Source: Oopsacas minuta (Eukaryota; Animalia; Porifera). From it: a DNA stretch of 64,000 nt. The position numbers and the translations under genes are program-made. A model generated the notes under the pieces. That model worked only from the letters and a program-made list of their open reading frames with translations, had not been told where the DNA came from and ran no database searches. Positions 58,205-64,000 of the stretch are shown one piece after another. The stretch's first letter is position 1. Each line of letters begins with the position of its first letter. Location of the stretch: the NCBI GenBank assembly GCA_024704765.1, contig JAKMXF010000222.1, forward strand, positions 1 through 64,000. The letters are read 5' to 3'.

Positions 58205-60626
58205 TTAAGGTTTTATAATAGCCAGTAATAAATCTCTGTAATCTCCTGACGTATCCCCATCTACCATGATGTGTAGAGCTTTGTTATATTTCGCGAGGAA
58301 TGCCATCTTAATGTTACCCATGTCAATCTAGATAGGAGATAGAGTACAAGTAAAATATCATATGAATAATAATATACATGTATATACCTCTGCTCTGGAT
58401 ACGATTATTCTTATCAATTTCTTGTTATCAGTTCCTAAGCCTTTCATAGATGTGAATAGTTCATCTGCGAAATATTCCGCGGGATTTAGGACACATTTAA
58501 CAACTGAGATGTATGCTTTTTTCGTGTGACCAGACATTTCGCGTTCTATCGAGTTCAGTATACTTCTCTGTGCAATCTATCCATACAATTAATTAAGAGT
58601 GATGTCATACAAATTACAGCTATTTAGAGAGACCATATTGAATCAAGTAATAAAGCTTATAACCTCTTCATAAGCTATGAATGTAGCTCTAAGCTGAGCA
58701 TGGCTACGTGATGCCAAGACCTTTAAGAACACAGACTCATCTGTACCCCACTTCTTCTCTCCAGCCTAGATACATAATGTGTTAATTGGTATGCTATATT
58801 ATATTATTATTATTATTATTGTAACTTACTGAGTATAACTCTTCTGCTTCTTTTCTAGCTTTACCCTGATCAACCTCAGGTTTCTCACTTCTCTGTCCCT
58901 ATACATAATATATATATATACATATATATATATACAACGAGTTATTTGTATCTTAGCAATGTCTTATGAACAAAAACCGCATTTCTTAAAGGTTAAGCTA
59001 ACAGACAGAATAACAGAATTCCTTACAGCTAGTATACATGAGAGAGAAATTAGAGATAAGTTGGATGAGAAGATTATACAAGAAGTGGAGAGGATATTGG
59101 AGACATGTTCTAATGGCGAAATATACGAAGAAAGCAAAGGTGAAGAATTCCGCGAGCTTAAATTCAGCTCTCTCAGGAAGGTATTCGAGTTATACAAAGA
59201 ATCAGAAAACCTAGAGTCCCAATATTTCCTAGATAAGATCTACATACATCAGCTGATGAGAGGGAGTGACGTATACTTCACAGCTCTTAAGAAGCCCGAT
59301 CGGAACCCAGAGCTAGTAGCACGTCTGGCTAAGATACAACAGAAATTAGACAACCAAGCATACTCCAAGATGGTAGCAAACCTGGCAAAAAGGAATGTAG
59401 AACAAGGTACTCTAGCAATAGACATGAAGTCTCTCAATATTCAAGCCATACACGCTTTCAACATTCTTCTAAGCTTTGTGTGTGCATTTGTATTCGGGTT
59501 TGCTGCAGGCTACTACAATGGACTAGAGCATGCTCTGAGTGCTATTATAGGAATAACACTGTGTATACCTGTGTTACTAGCTGATATATACTTCCTATTG
59601 AAGTATTATGAAGACGGAGCTAGAATAATAAATGAGAGAGAACAGGCTATTACGTCATCTAGTGTAGTTGATAAGAAGAACCAGTAGTATATGTATATGT
59701 ATTGAGATTATTAGTATAGTCAACACTTGTTATATCGTAATACCCGCTTCAAAACGAAGTAATTATCGGGTCGTTGAGCTTCGAAATAACGGGAGCTGAT
59801 TGTATACGTATTAATAATTACTAACAGTGGATAAAGATACCAACAACTTCCGGAGAGGTCCACTAGTATCCCCTGTAATATCCTCATCTAGTCTCCTACG
59901 GAATTGTTCCATATAAATCTCATTAATAGCTTTGATCTCATCATTAGTTCTAGAAGAGAGTATCTCTATGAGAGCATCTTCATCTGTACCAGCTCCCTAT
60001 AACATTAGGAAATTTATAAGTTATAGCGGAACCTGCACAAACAGGGCCTGTAAAACCGGAAACTTCTGGAAACGGAGTGACAATAAATTCCCGAATTCCT
60101 AGTCTCATACAAATGAACTTCCGAAACGGAGTCACATTTCAGGGTCCCTGTACCCATTTGCGGAGGTTACACTGTAGTTCACATACCTTCATAGCTTTAT
60201 ACAAGAGCTTAGCATCATACAGTGCTGGGGGCTCCATCAGTGCTAGAGCTGTCTCCTCGAAGTTGCCACTAAGATCAGACTTAAGATCCTTAATAAGATC
60301 AGATCCTGTGATTAGCTTATACTGCTGTATTATCTCCTGTCTCTGTGAGGATGATCTATTAGCTAGTATGGTTATTATAGTCTCTTGGTCTGTGCCTATA
60401 AATTGATAAACAAAAGAAATAGAATAATCAACTCTACTAATATTACCAAGTCCTTTGACTGCATTCTTAAGAGCCATGACGTCAGCCTCTGCATGGAAGC
60501 CTGGGAAGGTAACAATAGTAGGATAAGGAGAAGTAGGTCCCACATAAGATCCTGTATACTACATAACATAATACTCATAATACACTCGTACTCAGTATTA
60601 TAATGGTTATAACTTACTGTAGCCAT
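58205..60626 (-). CDS. Annexin (four-repeat core, short N-terminus), about 8 coding exons
   Basis: Repeats [63 protein letters not shown] and [30 protein letters not shown]. The 9-nt first coding exon (MAT) splices in frame to [14 protein letters not shown]. Confidence 0.95.
58908..58934. repeat. (TA)n microsatellite between the annexin acceptor site and the TMEM199 start
   Basis: tatatatatatacatatatatatata read directly. Confidence 0.8.
58959..59687 (+). CDS. TMEM199: TMEM199/VMA12 V-ATPase assembly factor, single exon, nested antisense in an annexin intron, 242 aa
   Basis: [37 protein letters not shown] matches TMEM199 ([30 protein letters not shown]). Two C-terminal TM segments. Confidence 0.93.
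   Translation: MSYEQKPHFLKVKLTDRITEFLTASIHEREIRDKLDEKIIQEVERILETCSNGEIYEESKGEEFRELKFSSLRKVFELYKESENLESQYFLDKIYIHQLMRGSDVYFTALKKPDRNPELVARLAKIQQKLDNQAYSKMVANLAKRNVEQGTLAIDMKSLNIQAIHAFNILLSFVCAFVFGFAAGYYNGLEHALSAIIGITLCIPVLLADIYFLLKYYEDGARIINEREQAITSSSVVDKKNQ
59715..59804. mobile_element. MITE-like element, family A, internally deleted copy
   Basis: Ends tatagtcaacacttgttatatcg / cttcgaaataacgggagctgattgta; internal aagtaattatcg..ttgagcttcg shared with the other copies. Confidence 0.75.
60022..60176. mobile_element. MITE-like element, family B, in an annexin intron (59997-60186)
   Basis: Right end cccatttgcggaggttacactgta and left end tatagcggaacctgcacaaacagg are imperfect inverted repeats (17/24 by eye). 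Internal direct repeat aacttc..aaacggagt.aca. Confidence 0.7.
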
Positions 60627-60689
60627 TTGATAGATTGTAAAGCTAATATAGTAGGAAGAGGTAATAAATCCCATGTAAGTAGAACGTCA

Positions 60690-60739
60690 CAACCGGATGT
60701 CAGAGACGCCAATAATGCTACCCGTTTGTGGAGGTTATA
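60690..60739. mobile_element. Fragment of MITE family B upstream of the annexin start
   Basis: cagagacgccaataatgctacccgtttgtggaggttata resembles the internal segment and TIR of the 48534 and 60022 copies. Confidence 0.45.
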
Positions 60740-60984
60740 TGGGGCTAGGAAATCGTTCTATATCCCGTTCCCACGGTTTCACTGTACCATATGTATCCGT
60801 AATAAACAAGATAAATTGTAAAGTCAAACTCAAATAATCTCAAATAAAGTTGAAAGAAGAAAGAAATGAAACAGCTTAATTAAGTGCAGCGAGGAAGGTT
60901 CTTTAACATGTGTACAGATTTGAATCTGCTTTTATCCTATATGTTCTTGCAGGTATGTACAATTAATTAATATAAGAGAATTTA

Positions 60985-62484
60985 TTAATTTTCATTGCTA
61001 ATAAGTTGAGAGATGGGAGGAAGTGTGAATAACGGTAGGTTAGAGTGAGGCTCTATCTGTGAGAATATTTGAGCAGGGCTAAGAGGATAGTAGAAGAGAC
61101 TAGGAGATATGTAATCAGGATTTATTGTACCTACTACTTCAGGGATTTCCTTATCGTACTCAAACTCTTCCTTGGGTGTTATGAGACTGTCCTCTATTCC
61201 TTGTACTCCTAGATCGCTGGTTGTATACTCCGGGTACTCTTCTAAGTACTCACTGCATTTTGTAGATGTAAGTGCGTGATGTAAGTAGATATTCTCATCA
61301 AATGGACTGCTCCATCCGTACTGGTTATGCTGTGAGAATATATCAGGGAGTGATGTCATGTTACCGTAGGAGGAACAGGAAGGTTGTGGGTAGAGAAATG
61401 AATCTATAGAATAAGTGCTAAATATATCCCTCATTTAAAAAATGATAATACGAACCTTGAGGGAAATCGTGTTGATATTCAGATAAATATTCCATATCAT
61501 CCTCTATCTTAACAAAATCAAGAATATCAGTCCTCCTTGATTCAACAAGTCCATCGCTACAAGAGGATAGTAGAATATCTCTGAGAGAGAATGTAGGGGG
61601 AATTTGTGAATTAATCTTTTAAGTTTGGAGAATGATCCATCTCTTTCTAAATAATCACTAACAGCGATATCTACAGCTTTCTTAGTGATAGGACGTGGTC
61701 TCTTACGCTTAATTGTATAGTTAAAATGAGGGAATTTCATTCGGTGGTTATTCTTCTCAATCTTAGCGAGTTCATTAAAATTTGATTTTGATTTAGCATC
61801 CAAGTTTTTCCACTTTTCTCCGAGTATTTTGCTAACTTTATTGTTGTCTAAGCAAGGGTTTTCCCTAAATAACAACAAAATAAATAATATTGACAGATAA
61901 TTTTATGAAAACTACTCACTTCAGAAGTTGCTTCCTTTGTCCCATACTGAATAGAATAAAACTATTTTTCGGTCTTTTTATACGTTGTGAGTCTTTATGC
62001 TCTTCCTGACGGTGTTTAGCCCTCCTGGAGCTGAGCAAAGAGGAGAGATAAGAGGAGGAATGCTGTGATTTATCTTCTGCATCCTTGGTGTCATTTATAT
62101 CAAAGAACAGATCGAATACGTGATTCTCCAGCTGGTATATAAAGTCACTACATGTTTCAAGAATGATAGCCTACAAATAAAACATAAATATAGAACATTC
62201 CAATTAGCCCTAATGGTTACCTTGCTGAAGTGTTTCCCATTTCCTGGACTTCTCTGTGTCTGGGGCAGCAGCATGTTCAAGTGGTGGAGAGATGAGTTGA
62301 GCTTTTGAACACGACATCTTTCACGATGACAATTCTTAACTCTTTTAGTTTCTATCTTATCGACCTCACTCAGTCCTGTAACTGAAGTATAGCATTTTTC
62401 AACGTGAGTGCACAATTCTGGCAATTCCTCATCCTCCGAACACAGAATTTCAGATGTTTTTGGTTGAAATTCCAATATATCCAT
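60985..62484 (-). CDS. Putative transcription factor with an N-terminal bHLH domain followed by a Sox-type HMG box and an acidic/Pro/Tyr-rich tail; 3' structure uncertain (may stop at 61504)
   Basis: Exon 62484-62221 gives KRVKNCHRERCRVQKLNSSLHHLNMLLP..KHFSK. A 50-bp intron leads to AIILETCSDFIYQLE...RIKRPKNSFILFSMGQRKQLL, and a 55-bp intron leads to KENPCLDNNKVSKILGEKWKNL..HRMKFPHFNYTIKRK. Both junctions are GT-AG and in phase. Confidence 0.82.
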
Positions 62485-62812
62485 AGCTACCTTCAATTCC
62501 TAATAATAAAGTAAATCTGCAGACTAAAATACTAACTGACTGACTTCAGAATCTATCCTAATTATACTTTTTATAAGGCCTATCTCTACAGAATCGGAAT
62601 TGTAAAGTAAAAATAGCTTCGAGCGAAGATATGGAAACTATCAAATTTGATTGGTTCCAAATTCGTCTAAAAAATCACTAAATAAAAAATATTTACAAAA
62701 TCCCACAAAAACAAATTCCCATAATAATTCCATTCTTAAGCTTTAGAATCACAATAAACAATCTTGTTAATTAAAGCAAATAAATTGTAACTAACTGAAA
62801 TACACATAAATC

Positions 62813-63247
62813 TTAATTCCTAGTCAGATAACTAATTAAGGACCACAACAGCATAGCAGCAAAGTAAAAGAACATAACAATATAGTAGGCAAGCTTGATC
62901 CAGCCCTCTCTCTGACACCTTTCAAGCTCTCTACGATTCATGATAGTAGTAGGATCATATATCCCAAGAGACCGCGAAGTTCTTCGTGTGTATCTGAACG
63001 CGTGATAAATCGTTATAGGAGCTGTGAGTAGAAGAGATACGAATTTGAAAGTTAGCAGAAATGTGAGTGAGAAAACAGCCTGTAGCGAGTACTCGGGTAA
63101 AACCAATGGATTAAGAGATTTACAAAGATCAACAGGGTTCTTAAAATCGTTTTTGAGTTCATCAAATGACACTACATTCCATATAGTAAGGAATATAAGG
63201 GCAATGTCTGCCAACAGTGCAGCTCCATACATAAATATGTGATACAT
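62813..63247 (-). CDS. CNIH1: Protein cornichon homolog (CNIH1-like ER cargo receptor), single exon, 144 aa
   Basis: FDELKNDFKNPVDLCKSLNPLVLPEY, GIYDPTTIMN and CQREGWIKLAYY. Confidence 0.95.
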   Translation of the reverse strand: MYHIFMYGAALLADIALIFLTIWNVVSFDELKNDFKNPVDLCKSLNPLVLPEYSLQAVFSLTFLLTFKFVSLLLTAPITIYHAFRYTRRTSRSLGIYDPTTIMNRRELERCQREGWIKLAYYIVMFFYFAAMLLWSLISYLTRN

Positions 63248-63280
63248 CGAGCTAGTGGTAAATTACGTCATAAATATTGT

Positions 63281-63432
63281 TAGTATACTCCTGTTATAGT
63301 TAAATCGAACGAGGATACATCTAAATACCCGCTTATATAGAAGTCTTAAATGATACAAATATGCCCCAAACCGCGGTTATATCTAAGTAATTATCGCGAT
63401 TTCTTGAGCTTCGATATAACGGGATATACTGT
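63281..63432. mobile_element. MITE-like element, family A, immediately upstream of cornichon
   Basis: Right TIR cttcgatataacgggatatactgta; internal gaagtcttaaat..atacaaat..cccaaaccg is nearly identical to the 57701 copy. The left end is approximate. Confidence 0.72.
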
Positions 63433-63591
63433 AAATAAAATACGGAATATTATTAGTCAATAGTGATGGAGATTTGTGTGTTAGAAATATGAAATGAATA
63501 CAATGTCTCATGGAATTAAAATAATAATATCAATAAAATGCACGAAAAAGAACACATTAGTAAGCAAATCTCCGAGTAGTGTAAGGAATAA

Positions 63592-64000
63592 TTAGATATC
63601 AGTAGAAATACAATTGCTAGGAATATGTATCATCTCTACACCAGGTACGTGTTGAGATCCATTGGGCATCTGTAGGTTCTGGTAAAAAGGCTGTGAGTTG
63701 CTGTCATTAGAGATATTATCGAAGTTAGGAGCAGTCCTTACCGACGAAGGGGGAGATCCAACTCCATCTCGCTCGTACCTGAAACTGTTCATGCCTTCTG
63801 TGATTGTGAGACGTTTAGGGAGAGATACACTATCTCCAAACACTTCCTTCGTAGAGAAGGGGGGTGGTGGAGGGGGTCCTTGTATGTCACTGTCCACTTT
63901 ACTAGAAGGACTAGATGTACCCTCTAATCTTTCGAAATTAGCTCCAACAATAGACGGTCTGACTAGATGCTGTCTCTCAAAGGTACCAGACGGTGTGTTA
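63592..64000 (-). CDS. 3' end of an unidentified gene extending beyond the window (Pro/Ser-rich tail with PPPPPP)
   Basis: The frame is open from the window edge to the stop at 63592. Low-complexity sequence with no recognisable domain. Confidence 0.6.
   Translation of the reverse strand, partial: NTPSGTFERQHLVRPSIVGANFERLEGTSSPSSKVDSDIQGPPPPPPFSTKEVFGDSVSLPKRLTITEGMNSFRYERDGVGSPPSSVRTAPNFDNISNDSNSQPFYQNLQMPNGSQHVPGVEMIHIPSNCISTDI

Overview
AT-rich eukaryotic (animal) DNA, extremely gene-dense, with 23 protein-coding loci, 21 of them on the minus strand. Gaps between co-oriented genes are mostly 80-700 bp, and most introns I resolved are 44-72 bp GT-AG. Genes from left to right: TMEM131, BRF1, an orphan Pro/Tyr-rich ORF, a divergent CNC/Maf-like bZIP, phospholipase C beta, Rab11-FIP, EXOC2/Sec5, reticulon, folliculin, a ~4,650-aa ryanodine receptor (9 exons, one of 10.1 kb), syntaxin-5, an SBF/MTMR5-13-like pseudophosphatase, TMPPE (+), mitochondrial CLPX, a TGF-beta type II receptor kinase, PISD, FBXO7, an ERICH3-LRR gene, an annexin with TMEM199 (+) nested in one intron, a bHLH + Sox-type HMG-box gene, cornichon, and the 3' end of a gene running off the window. 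Two small families of TA-flanked MITE-like elements and a 36-bp minisatellite are also present. I saw no rRNA, tRNA or CRISPR array. The compaction and gene divergence suggest an early-branching animal such as a glass sponge; this is inference only. The most interesting signals are (1) a ryanodine receptor whose GGGIGD selectivity filter is replaced while its gating sites are intact, (2) a bHLH-HMG fusion transcription factor, and (3) an operon-like co-oriented array with splice-acceptor-like AG sites just before most start codons, suggesting polycistronic transcription with trans-splicing. Gene models were spliced by hand and family calls come from motif recognition, not database searches.
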